Below, piece after piece: positions 18,229 to 27,496 of a DNA stretch of 64,000 nt. The first letter of the stretch is position 1, and the number at the start of each line of letters is the position of its first letter. The position numbers and the translations under genes are program-made. The stretch comes from an uncultured virus (IMG/VR IMGVR_UViG_3300023179_000063) (taxonomy: Duplodnaviria > Heunggongvirae > Uroviricota > Caudoviricetes > Crassvirales): IMG/VR virus record IMGVR_UViG_3300023179_000063; one strand, written 5' to 3'. The notes under the pieces were generated by a model. It had not been told where the DNA came from. It saw nothing but the letters and a program-made list of their open reading frames with translations, and did no database searches.

Positions 18229-18303
18229 TTGAGTTGTAGTGTTAATGGCAGCACAAAATACGATGGAGTGTTTTAGCTGGGGTTCGATTCCCTGCCCTCA
18301 ACA
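18229..18303 (+). ncRNA. Degenerate tRNA-like element (no assignable anticodon)
   Basis: TAGTGT-TAATGGCA-GCAC D-arm, GGGG-TTCGATT-CCCT T-arm, partial acceptor stem TTGAG/CTCAA; anticodon arm AAAATAC-GATGGA-GTGTTTT is non-canonical. Confidence 0.6.
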
Positions 18304-18326
18304 AACTTAGAAAAAAAGAAAAAAAG

Positions 18327-19205
18327 ATGATTAAGATTCAACGAAAAGAGTACAAAAGACCCGGTTTTGCTAAACAATTAGCTTCGGAGTCTGTAGCAAT
18401 TATTGGTTCATACATGACTAAAACAGGTCAATCAGGTTGTGGACTATCATTGGAAGAAAAGAAAAAATGGATGCCTTTAATTTTAGCTATTGATAGTAAA
18501 GATATAGCTTTTTTAAAAGAGGTTAATAAGTACTTTGACACTATGTCCATTAATGTTCCTTATGAAGGAGTTAGTTTAGATGAAACAATAGGAGAAGATG
18601 GAGAACCTAATAATGTAGAAGAATTTATTAAATATAGATTCATTATGGGTCATCCGTATGTAGCTAAAGATCCTCAAGCAGCTGAAGCTGATGAAAAGAA
18701 ACTATTTTACATAGAAAATGCTGAAGCTGAACTTCAAGCTAAATCTAAGAAAATTGGTAAATCTACTAAAGCTTATATTGAGTTAGGTAAATTAATTGAA
18801 AATGAAGTTAAGATAGATTGGATACTTAGAGCATTATCTGTTAAGCATACTTCTATTGGTTCTATTGATAAAATAGCTTCAATGAAAAAAGCTGAAAAAG
18901 AAGTAGCTTTAGAAGAAATTGTTAAAAAAGATCCAGATTTCTTTATTACTTTAACATCAGATGATACTTTAGAATATAGAGCTGAAGTAGCTTCTATGGT
19001 TGAAGCAGGTATTTTTCAAAGAGTAGGAAACGACTATATTAATGGTACAGAAAATTTAGGAGATATAAATGCTGTAATAGCTTTCTTTAAAAATCCTAAT
19101 GAATCTGAAAAAGTAGTAATATTAAAAGCTAAACTTAAACAATTCGGTAAAGAATTAAAAAGAGAAGTTAAAGAAGAAATAAAATCTAAAAAAATAAAAG
19201 AATAG
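18327..19205 (+). CDS. Conserved crAss-like capsid-module protein (function unknown)
   Basis: 292 aa directly after MCP; EFIKYRF..HPYVA and LG......FFKNP.N patterns; positional assignment. Confidence 0.65.
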   Translation: MIKIQRKEYKRPGFAKQLASESVAIIGSYMTKTGQSGCGLSLEEKKKWMPLILAIDSKDIAFLKEVNKYFDTMSINVPYEGVSLDETIGEDGEPNNVEEFIKYRFIMGHPYVAKDPQAAEADEKKLFYIENAEAELQAKSKKIGKSTKAYIELGKLIENEVKIDWILRALSVKHTSIGSIDKIASMKKAEKEVALEEIVKKDPDFFITLTSDDTLEYRAEVASMVEAGIFQRVGNDYINGTENLGDINAVIAFFKNPNESEKVVILKAKLKQFGKELKREVKEEIKSKKIKE

Positions 19206-19224
19206 GGTCAAACCTATTCTTTTT
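19196..19224 (+). terminator. Rho-independent terminator
   Basis: AAAAGAATAGG-GTCAAA-CCTATTCTTTT(T) spanning the stop codon. Confidence 0.7.
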
Positions 19225-19232
19225 ATAAAATT

Positions 19233-20678
19233 ATGAGTAATATAAAAGAATGGCATATATTGTTGGACCAAGAATTAAATAAAGTAAATTCTGCTTTATA
19301 TGATATTCTGACTCCTCAAGAAAAAGACATAGCTTTCAATAAAAATATTGAAAGATTTGTTAAAGAAAGATATGGTGCTAATTCTAATGCTAAACAAAAA
19401 GGTTTTGAGCAATCTCAAAAAAGAATAGATGATTTAAGAGAGTTAGTTAAGATTAATTATAGTTTAACTGCTTATAAACCTAGTGTTGATGATATTGATT
19501 ATAATTCAATGGTAAAAGCAGAACTTCCTTCTGATTATTGTTTATCAGTAAACACAAGAAGTCAAATTAGTTATGTTGATTGTGGAACTTTTACTTATCA
19601 AGAAGTTCCTAAAAACGAATACTATTCTGTATTACCTGTTAGTTCTTTTGTTAATACAAATTGGGGAACAACTAGATTAAAAACATTTTTATATAAAAAT
19701 CCAGATGTTTATTATCTTGTTTCAGCAGCTGGTCCAGGAGCTCCAGGTTATAATATTTTTTATATGACAACTAATTTAGCTGCTATTAATTGGAGTGTTA
19801 ATGACCCAATTGTTTTTGTTACAAAAGGAGGAACCGATTCAAACATTCAAATAGGAACAACTTATTATATAAAAACTATTACTTCTTCTAGTATGACTAT
19901 TTCTGCTAGCCTAGTTGCAGGAGTTGCAGGTCCAGAATTTCAACTTAATGGTACTTTAACAAATACAACTGGAATTAAAAATTTAGGTGCAAATCCATCA
20001 AATGTAGATGTAGTAATAGGAACAGATTTAAATATGACTAATGCTTCTGTTTATACAACTGAAGATAATAGTTATATGACTTCTGTAATTACAGATTTCT
20101 TAAAAAATGGTTGGAATGGTTTTTCAGGTACAGTAAATTCTGTAACATATAATTATAAATCTAAAGATTTTGAATTTTATTTTGAAAGATATAAAGATTT
20201 GTATTTTGCTAATAGTATTATTATAGTTTATAAAGGAAGTAATAGTGTTATACCAATTTGGAGTTATTCAACTAATTCAGGTTCTACTTATACAAATTTA
20301 ACTAATAATACTTACACATTAACAACGTATGTTTTAGGTGGAACAAATATGACAACCTCTAATAAACAAGTACAAGAAGATGATTTGTTTGCTTTGCAAC
20401 AAGACCCTTTTAATGCTACTTATTATGAGTTTCCTTTATGTTTCTTTAGTGGCAATGAATTAAACACTTATATTAATATAAATGATTTTGTTGTAAATAA
20501 AACTATTTTGTCTTACATTCGTAAACCAAAAACTGTATCTTATTATTTAGATATAAATTGTGATTTACCTGAATTTACTCATAATGAAATATTAAGTATG
20601 ACAGCTTCTTATTTACTTGAAGAGTTTGAAGCAGGAAGATATAAAACACATCAAGAAACAGTAATAACAAATGAATAA
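19233..20678 (+). CDS. Tail ring protein with a large internal insertion
   Basis: N-terminal KGFEQSQKRIDDLRELV and C-terminal YIRKP...CDLPEFTHNEI of crAss-like ring proteins. Confidence 0.75.
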   Translation: MSNIKEWHILLDQELNKVNSALYDILTPQEKDIAFNKNIERFVKERYGANSNAKQKGFEQSQKRIDDLRELVKINYSLTAYKPSVDDIDYNSMVKAELPSDYCLSVNTRSQISYVDCGTFTYQEVPKNEYYSVLPVSSFVNTNWGTTRLKTFLYKNPDVYYLVSAAGPGAPGYNIFYMTTNLAAINWSVNDPIVFVTKGGTDSNIQIGTTYYIKTITSSSMTISASLVAGVAGPEFQLNGTLTNTTGIKNLGANPSNVDVVIGTDLNMTNASVYTTEDNSYMTSVITDFLKNGWNGFSGTVNSVTYNYKSKDFEFYFERYKDLYFANSIIIVYKGSNSVIPIWSYSTNSGSTYTNLTNNTYTLTTYVLGGTNMTTSNKQVQEDDLFALQQDPFNATYYEFPLCFFSGNELNTYININDFVVNKTILSYIRKPKTVSYYLDINCDLPEFTHNEILSMTASYLLEEFEAGRYKTHQETVITNE

Positions 20679-20722
20679 ATTTTTAAATTCAATAAATAAA
20701 TAACAATTAAACAAACAAAAAA

Positions 20723-22063
20723 ATGTCAAAAACAGTTTTCATTGGAAATGCTTCAGCTTACACTACAGCAGCCAACCCAAATTTATTAGCAGCTGGAGAA
20801 ATTGGAGTTTACTCTATTGCAACTAATGGTACTTTTACTTTGCTTACAAGTACTGCTACTTCAGCTCAAAAACTATTACCTTTAATGATAGCTCAAGGTA
20901 TTGCTTCAGGTACTACTACTAACTTTAGAAGTGTAACTCTTCAACCAAGAAGTGTAATTGCTGGATCAGTTCCTGCCACTGCTACTCCTTTTTCTGCTGC
21001 TATTCCTAATATCTATACAATAGGTTTTTCAGGAGTTTCAGGTGATGCAAACACAATTGTAGCTACTACTGCTGGTACTTATGGTATTAATATTAATAAC
21101 ATGAGTAAAGGTATTCCTCCTTTTCCTTACACAAGTTGGAACAAGTCTTACCCAGCTGCCCCTACTGCTTTAACTGTAGGTTACGATATGATGAAAGGTA
21201 TTAATGCTAATACTTTAAATAATATTGCTACTGGTGCTTTACCTGAAGAAACTTTTGTATGGGCTTCTTTAGTATGTAATGATGCAGCTACACAATTAGC
21301 TACTTCTGGTTCTGTTAGTATTACAGGTACAGTAACTAATGGTTCAACAGCTGTAACTTTATCTGGTACTCCAGCTGCTTTGTTAGTTTCTGGTTCTTAT
21401 GTAAGAATTGGTAATGCTACTACTAATGTTGGTGCTCCTATTTATAAAGTATTATCAAATACTGGTACTTCTTTAGTTTTAGATTCTCCTTATGTTAATT
21501 CAGCTGTACCTGTAGGAACTTCAATATCATCTGTACCTATGGGAACAATTACTCCAAGTACTGTAATAGGTGTTAGATTTGTAGCTTGGGGTAATTCTTT
21601 TAACGGTATTCCTGTAACTCAATTAACTCCTAATAAACAAATATTTGTTTATGCTTCAGGTAATTTATTTGATTTAGGAAGTGTAATTACAACAAATACT
21701 GTTGTACCTAGACCTTATTTATTGTCAACAGGTTTACCAACTACAGGTGTTTATTTTGAAGGACAAGGATTAGGTTATCAAGTACAAAAAGAAGAATTTA
21801 TTTCTATGGGTTACTTTGGTTTTAACAATAAAGTATTTTTACCTTTTTCTAATCCTTATTATGCTTTGGCAACATCTAATTATGATGGTTTTGCATTTAA
21901 GTATAACGGTTATTGGGAAGATAAAACAGCTCAAGGTATTGGAAGACAAGAAACTTCAGAAATAGAAATATTTTGTATAACATCTACTCCTCCGACCCCG
22001 GCTGCTGGATCTACTTTAGCTGCTGCTGTTGTACCTGCAATTATAGCTGCTTATGCTGCTTAG
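20723..22063 (+). CDS. Virion structural protein (auxiliary capsid/decoration-like)
   Basis: 446 aa, Ala/Thr/Gly-rich, LAAGEIGVY start, EGQG.GYQVQKEE near the C-terminus; own terminator. Confidence 0.6.
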   Translation: MSKTVFIGNASAYTTAANPNLLAAGEIGVYSIATNGTFTLLTSTATSAQKLLPLMIAQGIASGTTTNFRSVTLQPRSVIAGSVPATATPFSAAIPNIYTIGFSGVSGDANTIVATTAGTYGININNMSKGIPPFPYTSWNKSYPAAPTALTVGYDMMKGINANTLNNIATGALPEETFVWASLVCNDAATQLATSGSVSITGTVTNGSTAVTLSGTPAALLVSGSYVRIGNATTNVGAPIYKVLSNTGTSLVLDSPYVNSAVPVGTSISSVPMGTITPSTVIGVRFVAWGNSFNGIPVTQLTPNKQIFVYASGNLFDLGSVITTNTVVPRPYLLSTGLPTTGVYFEGQGLGYQVQKEEFISMGYFGFNNKVFLPFSNPYYALATSNYDGFAFKYNGYWEDKTAQGIGRQETSEIEIFCITSTPPTPAAGSTLAAAVVPAIIAAYAA

Positions 22064-22086
22064 TAATGTGTTTTTATAATTAAATT

Positions 22087-22115
22087 AAAAGAGGATAGAA
22101 ATATCCTCTTTTTTT
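22087..22115 (+). terminator. Rho-independent terminator
   Basis: AAAAGAGGATA-GAAA-TATCCTCTTTT then further T. Confidence 0.88.
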
Positions 22116-22131
22116 ATTTAATATTATATGT

Positions 22132-22139
22132 TACATTTG
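22132..22139 (+). promoter_or_regulatory. Bacteroidota-type -7 promoter element
   Basis: TAcaTTTG between the terminator and ATG 22160. Confidence 0.6.
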
Positions 22140-22159
22140 TATCTCAAAATATTATTAAA

Positions 22160-22612
22160 ATGAATATAGATAAATCAAATACTTCTATACCTGTTGGAAC
22201 AGATAAAATTACTGTTAATAGACAAGATGTATCCGAATATACTTGTACTTTAGATAGACTTATACCTTATAATTATAAAGTTTATAGAGCAAGTTTTTCT
22301 CAATCTGGAATAGTTGGAGAAAGTGTAACAGGTACTATTTTTGAAAATACAATTGGTGATATTGTTTGGACTTATAGTTCAGCAGGTGTTTATTATGGAA
22401 CTTTAGCTAATGCTTTTCCTGCTTCTAAATTGTTTTTACCTATTCCTGTTAAAGGTTTTTATCTTATTAATTCAGTAGGAACAGGTTTAGGATATTACAC
22501 TTTATATAGAGTAAATAATAATCAAATTGTACTTCAAAGTTATAATAATAGTGATGTTTCTACTGATGGAATATTATCAAATGCACCAATAGAAATAAGA
22601 GTTTATAATTAA
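22160..22612 (+). CDS. Putative structural/fibre-tip protein
   Basis: YKVYRA..SQSG...ENTIGDIVW....GVY...DG.L...PIEIRVY beta domain. Confidence 0.55.
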   Translation: MNIDKSNTSIPVGTDKITVNRQDVSEYTCTLDRLIPYNYKVYRASFSQSGIVGESVTGTIFENTIGDIVWTYSSAGVYYGTLANAFPASKLFLPIPVKGFYLINSVGTGLGYYTLYRVNNNQIVLQSYNNSDVSTDGILSNAPIEIRVYN

Positions 22613-22616
22613 TATT

Positions 22617-23402
22617 ATGGCATTACAAGTAAGAACTAGACTAACACCAGGTTATGATTGGAAAAGTATCTTAGTAGAAGATATTACTGGAACAGGTATA
22701 ACTGGTTATGGAAGTAATCAAGATCCTTCTCCATACAGAGAAGCATCAGCAGATGGTACAGATATTCAAGGTACTATAATCTGGGTAACTTCTCCTAGTG
22801 ACAATATAACTCCTATAGTTTTAACTAGTACTCAAGCATATAATGTTGTAATTAGTGGTAAAGTTATTAATAATACAACATTAGGATTTTTAATTGATGA
22901 ACCTTTAGAAGATGGTTTATGGAAAATAGAATATGCTCCTAGATTTATTTCAAGTGTTTATGGATTAACTAGAGTAGGTACAACAGATGTTTTTGCTTTT
23001 GCATCAAATGGTTATTTAAATTATGTAAATGCTACACATATTTATCATGTTGCTAACAATGCTTATTATCCTATTATTGCTTTAGATAAAAGTAATTCTA
23101 AAATTACAATAACAGGAGTACCTACTGGTACAAGTTTATCTTCTGGGTATCACATAGTATATAATGCTCCTTTATATGTTCCTATTGCTAGAGAAATTAA
23201 AGAATGTTTAGATGCTAAAGTAGCTGATTTATCTGTATGTGACTGTGGATGTTTAGAACTTCAAACTATTAAATTAGTAAATATGTATTTATTATACGAT
23301 GCTATGTTTGATAATTGTGTAGCTAACAATGTTACTAAAGCACAACAGATATTTGATTTATTAACAACTTATTGTGATAAAGATTGTGGCTGTAACAGTT
23401 AA
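22617..23402 (+). CDS. Putative tail hub protein (Cys-rich C-terminus)
   Basis: DITG N-terminus, DGLWKIEY, C-terminal C..CDCGC...C...CGC; position as for crAss-like hub proteins. Confidence 0.55.
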   Translation: MALQVRTRLTPGYDWKSILVEDITGTGITGYGSNQDPSPYREASADGTDIQGTIIWVTSPSDNITPIVLTSTQAYNVVISGKVINNTTLGFLIDEPLEDGLWKIEYAPRFISSVYGLTRVGTTDVFAFASNGYLNYVNATHIYHVANNAYYPIIALDKSNSKITITGVPTGTSLSSGYHIVYNAPLYVPIAREIKECLDAKVADLSVCDCGCLELQTIKLVNMYLLYDAMFDNCVANNVTKAQQIFDLLTTYCDKDCGCNS

Positions 23403-23664
23403 TATATATAATAACGATCAATTAAAAATAGTATCTAATATACTTGATGCTAATTTTATTAGGTACTCTAATGGTACTTATAATTACTATGCTTATGGTT
23501 TAAATTGTAAACATTTATGTATAGTATATAAACTTTATTTAGCTAAAAGAATTTTAGCAGATTGGACTCAAAATATGAATGGAGAAGTAGGAACTAACTA
23601 TAATTCTATTACTGATGAACAATTTACTAATATTTTAGTTGATGCTTTAAATTATTGTAATTAA
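23374..23664 (+). CDS. Putative second tail hub protein
   Basis: Small ORF overlapping the previous one, YG.NC motif; start uncertain (GTG). Confidence 0.45.
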   Translation: MIKIVAVTVNIYNNDQLKIVSNILDANFIRYSNGTYNYYAYGLNCKHLCIVYKLYLAKRILADWTQNMNGEVGTNYNSITDEQFTNILVDALNYCN

Positions 23665-23669
23665 ATTTG
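23662..23669 (+). promoter_or_regulatory. Bacteroidota-type -7 promoter element
   Basis: TAaaTTTG 8 nt upstream of ATG 23678. Confidence 0.45.
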
Positions 23670-23677
23670 TAAATAAA

Positions 23678-23953
23678 ATGACAAAAACAGACGAACTTTT
23701 ATTAATAACTTACCAATTGTGGTATTCAAGTATAGCAACTACTCCTGTAACAGCTACTGCTTCTTTAACTGGGACTTTAACTGCATTACCTGATGTGCCT
23801 TGTAAAGCTGTTACTTTTTTAACTGCTTGTAATGTTTCAGCTAATAATGGGGCTACTATTGCAATTGGACCTGGATTAAACTTTCCTTGTCAAAATACTA
23901 ATCAACTTTCTGTATCTGGTTCAGGTACTCTTAACTATATAATTTTAAGATAA
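23678..23953 (+). CDS. Small structural protein (fibre-associated)
   Basis: 91 aa, Thr/Ala-rich beta pattern, coupled to the fibre gene. Confidence 0.5.
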   Translation: MTKTDELLLITYQLWYSSIATTPVTATASLTGTLTALPDVPCKAVTFLTACNVSANNGATIAIGPGLNFPCQNTNQLSVSGSGTLNYIILR

Positions 23954-25767
23954 TGTCAAAGTTTATAACATCCGATCCTCCATATAATGCTGGGTTATAC
24001 CCAACTTCAGCTGGTTTTTTAGAATTAGCTAATGGTGTTGCTTTATCTTCTACATTAACAAATGTTACAGACCAGTTAAATAACGCTTCTACTTTATATT
24101 TAAGTACAGAACAAGTAAAAATAGGAACAACAGCTAATGATAATCCTTTAGCTTTATTTGGTTTATCTGGGTTATCGGCTATTTTTAATACTAATCTTAT
24201 AAGTGTTGAAGATAAAACATTTACTTTTCCTAATGCAAATATGACATTTGCTGGTATTAATATTGATCAAACTTTTACTGGAAGACAAACTTTTAATTCA
24301 GGAAATTTAATAATATCTGCAAAATCTGGAAACACTGGTAGTTATACTATTAAAGGTGAAGGTATTAATAATCAAGTATCATTAACTTTACCTAATATTA
24401 CAGCAGATGATACTTTTGCTTTATTAGGAACTAATCAAAACTTTGCTGCTCAAGTAAGTGCTCAATCTTTTAGGCTTACTGGAACAGGAGGTGCTGGACA
24501 TTTGCATTTGTTATTTCAAAGTGGAGATCCTACCCTAGCTAGTGCTACTACTACTGTATTGTATGGTGATAATGCTGGAAATTTAAGACTTAAAAACGGA
24601 GCAAACAATCGTACTACTACATTTAGCACGTCAGCTAATGGACAAGATAGTACTTATACATTTCCAAACGTAGCTTCAACAACTTTAGCTGGTTTATCTG
24701 TAGCACAAACATTTACTGCAACGCAAACAATATCAAATATTAAATTAGGGCCATCTGCCGGAGTAGGAGGTACATTAAATTTAGGTGATGGTGGTAATGG
24801 TTCGTCTATTTTAGCAGCAGGTCTTCAAATGTACAATTTTAGTTCAAGACATCGTTTTGATGGAGATGGTACAGGTTCAGCATTTGTAGGTAATGTATAT
24901 ATTGGTGCTAATTCTGCTGCTTCTGCAAGACTTCATATTAAAAGTGATGGTAGTAGTAGTGTATTTAGAATAGATAATTCTACACCCCAAAGACTTTTTG
25001 AAGTAGACAATAATAACAGATTTATACTAGGAAACAGCGGCTTACTATTTAGTTGGGCTAACAATAATTTTGCACTTACTAGTCAACTAGCTTCTGGATA
25101 TTCTTATATATTTGGAAATGCCAACACAAAATCATCTGCTTCATCAGCTATGGGTACATTTCAATTAAATGAAACCGTATCAAATCCAAGTGGTTCATCG
25201 GCAGCATATAGAGGTATTGAATTAAATTATACTATAAATAATTCATCTGGTGCAGTAAGTGGAACAGCAACAGGTATATTCTTAAATGCTACTGAAACAG
25301 GAAGTGGTTTAAATGGAATGACTCATAACTTAATAGATTTGCAAACAACCGTAAGTGGTGTTACTGCAAGTAAATTTAAGGTAAATAGTTTAGGTGAACC
25401 TTCTTTTAGTTCAGCTAATGTAACAATGACTTCTTCAACTTTTTCATTTAGTAATGGTATTTTTTCTCCAGATTCTTTTACAAGATGGGGAGGTGGTGGA
25501 TATATGTATGCAAATGTCATAACTAATTGTAGATTTCATGTTAATACAGGAGGGCTGAATGTTGAAGTAAATGCTAGTACAGCTCAAAATGCTTCTGCAA
25601 TACTTCAATTAACAAGTACAACAAAAGGTTTTTTACCGCCAGTAATGACAACTACGCAAAAAAATGCAATATCTTCCCCAGCAACAGGCTTAATCATATT
25701 TGATAGTACGCTTGGCAAACTTTGTGTTTATGGGGGAGCAGCATGGCAAACAGTAACATCAGTATAA
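23953..25767 (+). CDS. Tail fibre / receptor-binding protein
   Basis: 604 aa, Gly/Ser/Thr/Asn-rich, repeated T(F/L)PN...T(F/L)A.....QTFT fibre units, C-terminal SAILQLTSTTKGFLPPVMTTTQKNAISSPATGLIIFD...W. Confidence 0.8.
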   Translation: MSKFITSDPPYNAGLYPTSAGFLELANGVALSSTLTNVTDQLNNASTLYLSTEQVKIGTTANDNPLALFGLSGLSAIFNTNLISVEDKTFTFPNANMTFAGINIDQTFTGRQTFNSGNLIISAKSGNTGSYTIKGEGINNQVSLTLPNITADDTFALLGTNQNFAAQVSAQSFRLTGTGGAGHLHLLFQSGDPTLASATTTVLYGDNAGNLRLKNGANNRTTTFSTSANGQDSTYTFPNVASTTLAGLSVAQTFTATQTISNIKLGPSAGVGGTLNLGDGGNGSSILAAGLQMYNFSSRHRFDGDGTGSAFVGNVYIGANSAASARLHIKSDGSSSVFRIDNSTPQRLFEVDNNNRFILGNSGLLFSWANNNFALTSQLASGYSYIFGNANTKSSASSAMGTFQLNETVSNPSGSSAAYRGIELNYTINNSSGAVSGTATGIFLNATETGSGLNGMTHNLIDLQTTVSGVTASKFKVNSLGEPSFSSANVTMTSSTFSFSNGIFSPDSFTRWGGGGYMYANVITNCRFHVNTGGLNVEVNASTAQNASAILQLTSTTKGFLPPVMTTTQKNAISSPATGLIIFDSTLGKLCVYGGAAWQTVTSV

Positions 25768-25779
25768 ATTATATAAAAC

Positions 25780-26076
25780 ATGATAACATTAGATAAACCG
25801 AGTTTTATCTTCACATCAGAAGACACTCAAACAAACAGAAAAATAAGTGAATTAAGTATTAATGTAACTCAATACTTAGGCTTTGTAGAAAAACCTCAAG
25901 GTTTTATAAACTCTACAATTAATTCAGATTTTGGTCAATTGTCAGAATTAAGTATGACAATGGAAGACACTGAATTTAGAGGTAAAGATGTTTTAGCTGA
26001 ATTGCATAGAATTTATTTAAAAAAATTAGAAAGTTTGAATCCAAATATTAAATTTGCAGATACATACAACAAATAA
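25780..26076 (+). CDS. Hypothetical protein (possible fibre chaperone)
   Basis: 98-aa ORF directly after the fibre gene. Confidence 0.55.
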   Translation: MITLDKPSFIFTSEDTQTNRKISELSINVTQYLGFVEKPQGFINSTINSDFGQLSELSMTMEDTEFRGKDVLAELHRIYLKKLESLNPNIKFADTYNK

Positions 26077-26077
26077 T

Positions 26078-26242
26078 ATGAAAAAATATAATTTAGAATT
26101 ATCAGAAGAAGAATTACAATTAGTTATGTTTGGATTAGGTAAATTACCAGCTGAACAAAGTTTAAATTTAATCTTCAAAGTAAAAGAAGAATACACAAAA
26201 CAAAATCAACCTATTGTTGCATCTGATAAAGATGAAGAATAA
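26078..26242 (+). CDS. Small helical protein (fibre-chaperone-like)
   Basis: MKKYNLELSEEELQLVMFGLGKLPAEQSLNLIFKVK; ATG 26078. Confidence 0.55.
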   Translation: MKKYNLELSEEELQLVMFGLGKLPAEQSLNLIFKVKEEYTKQNQPIVASDKDEE

Positions 26243-26243
26243 T

Positions 26244-26441
26244 ATGCAAAACTTAGAGCCTCAAACCAATTCATTGTATTGTGTTATAATAGCTTTTATG
26301 TTTTATTTTTTGCAGTATTTGTTAAATCATACTCCAGAATTACAACTAATAGCTATTACCATTACTATTATTTCTGGTAGCATTGCTATATTTTTAAATA
26401 TTCCAAAACTTATTAAACTTATTAAATCTTTTTTTCAATGA
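26244..26441 (+). CDS. Putative holin/antiholin (2 TM)
   Basis: Two TM segments and a basic C-terminus, upstream of the endolysin. Confidence 0.55.
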   Translation: MQNLEPQTNSLYCVIIAFMFYFLQYLLNHTPELQLIAITITIISGSIAIFLNIPKLIKLIKSFFQ

Positions 26442-26656
26442 AACATATATCTTTTAAAAACAACCCTTACACTACTATATTAGGATTAATAGTTACTTTA
26501 ATAGGACTATCTTTATTTACACTTCCTTATTTTATAGAGTTACAAGAAAATGTTGAATGGTATCAATCAGCAGGTTGTTTTGCAGTAGGTATTTTGTTAT
26601 TATTAAGTCCTGATACTTTATTAGGAATAATTAAAAAAAGATCAGATAGTATATGA
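26438..26656 (+). CDS. Putative holin (2 TM)
   Basis: NPYTTILG-TM...TM-PD, basic tail, ATGA-coupled to the endolysin. Confidence 0.6.
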   Translation: MKHISFKNNPYTTILGLIVTLIGLSLFTLPYFIELQENVEWYQSAGCFAVGILLLLSPDTLLGIIKKRSDSI

Positions 26657-27063
26657 TAAGTAAACATATTTCAGAAGAAGAAGCTACTGTTAGTCCAACA
26701 AGTTTAAGATTAGGAATAAATAATACTCCTACTCCTGAAATACTTGAAGCTATGAAATTAGTAGCTAATAAATGTTTTGAACCTTTAAGAGAATGGTATA
26801 AAAAACCAATAAAGATTAATTCTTTTTATAGATCTCCAGCTCTTAATAAAGCTGTAGGTGGAGCTGACAAACCTATTAGTCAACATACTAAAGGTCAAGC
26901 AATTGATTTATCAGCAGGTTCTAAAGAAGAAAATAAAAAACTATATGATTGGTGTAAAGCTAATTTAGAATTTGATCAACTGATTTGGGAATACGGAGGC
27001 ACTTGGATTCATATAAGTTATAAAGCTGTTGGCAATAGAAAAATGGTATTTAATGTAGGATAA
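26653..27063 (+). CDS. Endolysin, peptidase M15A family
   Basis: INSFYRS, SQHTKGQAIDL and WIHISY zinc-binding motifs. Confidence 0.9.
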   Translation: MISKHISEEEATVSPTSLRLGINNTPTPEILEAMKLVANKCFEPLREWYKKPIKINSFYRSPALNKAVGGADKPISQHTKGQAIDLSAGSKEENKKLYDWCKANLEFDQLIWEYGGTWIHISYKAVGNRKMVFNVG

Positions 27064-27178
27064 TGACATTAGACGAAAAAATTATTTATCTTGAAAAATG
27101 TTTAATAATATTTAAACCTGAAGATGAAGAAATGAAACTAATGTTAGATATAATTAAAGATATAAGGAGTTTAATAAA

Positions 27179-27496
27179 ATGATAGAATTTGGTATATTAA
27201 ATGTATTAATATTTGTTTATCTTAAAGCTATAATGGATCTTACTGTACATAAAGATTATTTTAAAAAATGGGGTTATAGTAAATTCTTTTGGAAAGAAAC
27301 TGTTGAGGCTACTAAAACAACTTGGTTTCATAAATACTTTCCAATGTTTTATGATATATGGCATTTATCTACTTTTTTACAAATATGTCAAATTTGTTTA
27401 TTGTTAGCTATACCTTGTCATAATCCTTATTGTTTTCCTGTATTTTTAATATTTGGTGGATTAACTTTTAACTTTTTATACGGTCAAGCAAAATGA
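27179..27496 (+). CDS. Membrane protein in lysis cassette
   Basis: Three hydrophobic segments, FYDIWHL motif. Confidence 0.55.
   Translation: MIEFGILNVLIFVYLKAIMDLTVHKDYFKKWGYSKFFWKETVEATKTTWFHKYFPMFYDIWHLSTFLQICQICLLLAIPCHNPYCFPVFLIFGGLTFNFLYGQAK

Noticed and set aside
18229..18303. Functional tRNA with a defined anticodon (e.g. Ile-GAT, His-ATG, Pro-TGG)
   Set aside because: The loop is 6 or 8 nt without U33, and the acceptor stem is mismatched; no identity can be assigned
23953..25767. Diversity-generating retroelement targeting the tail fibre
   Set aside because: No reverse transcriptase and no template/variable repeat pair is visible in this window
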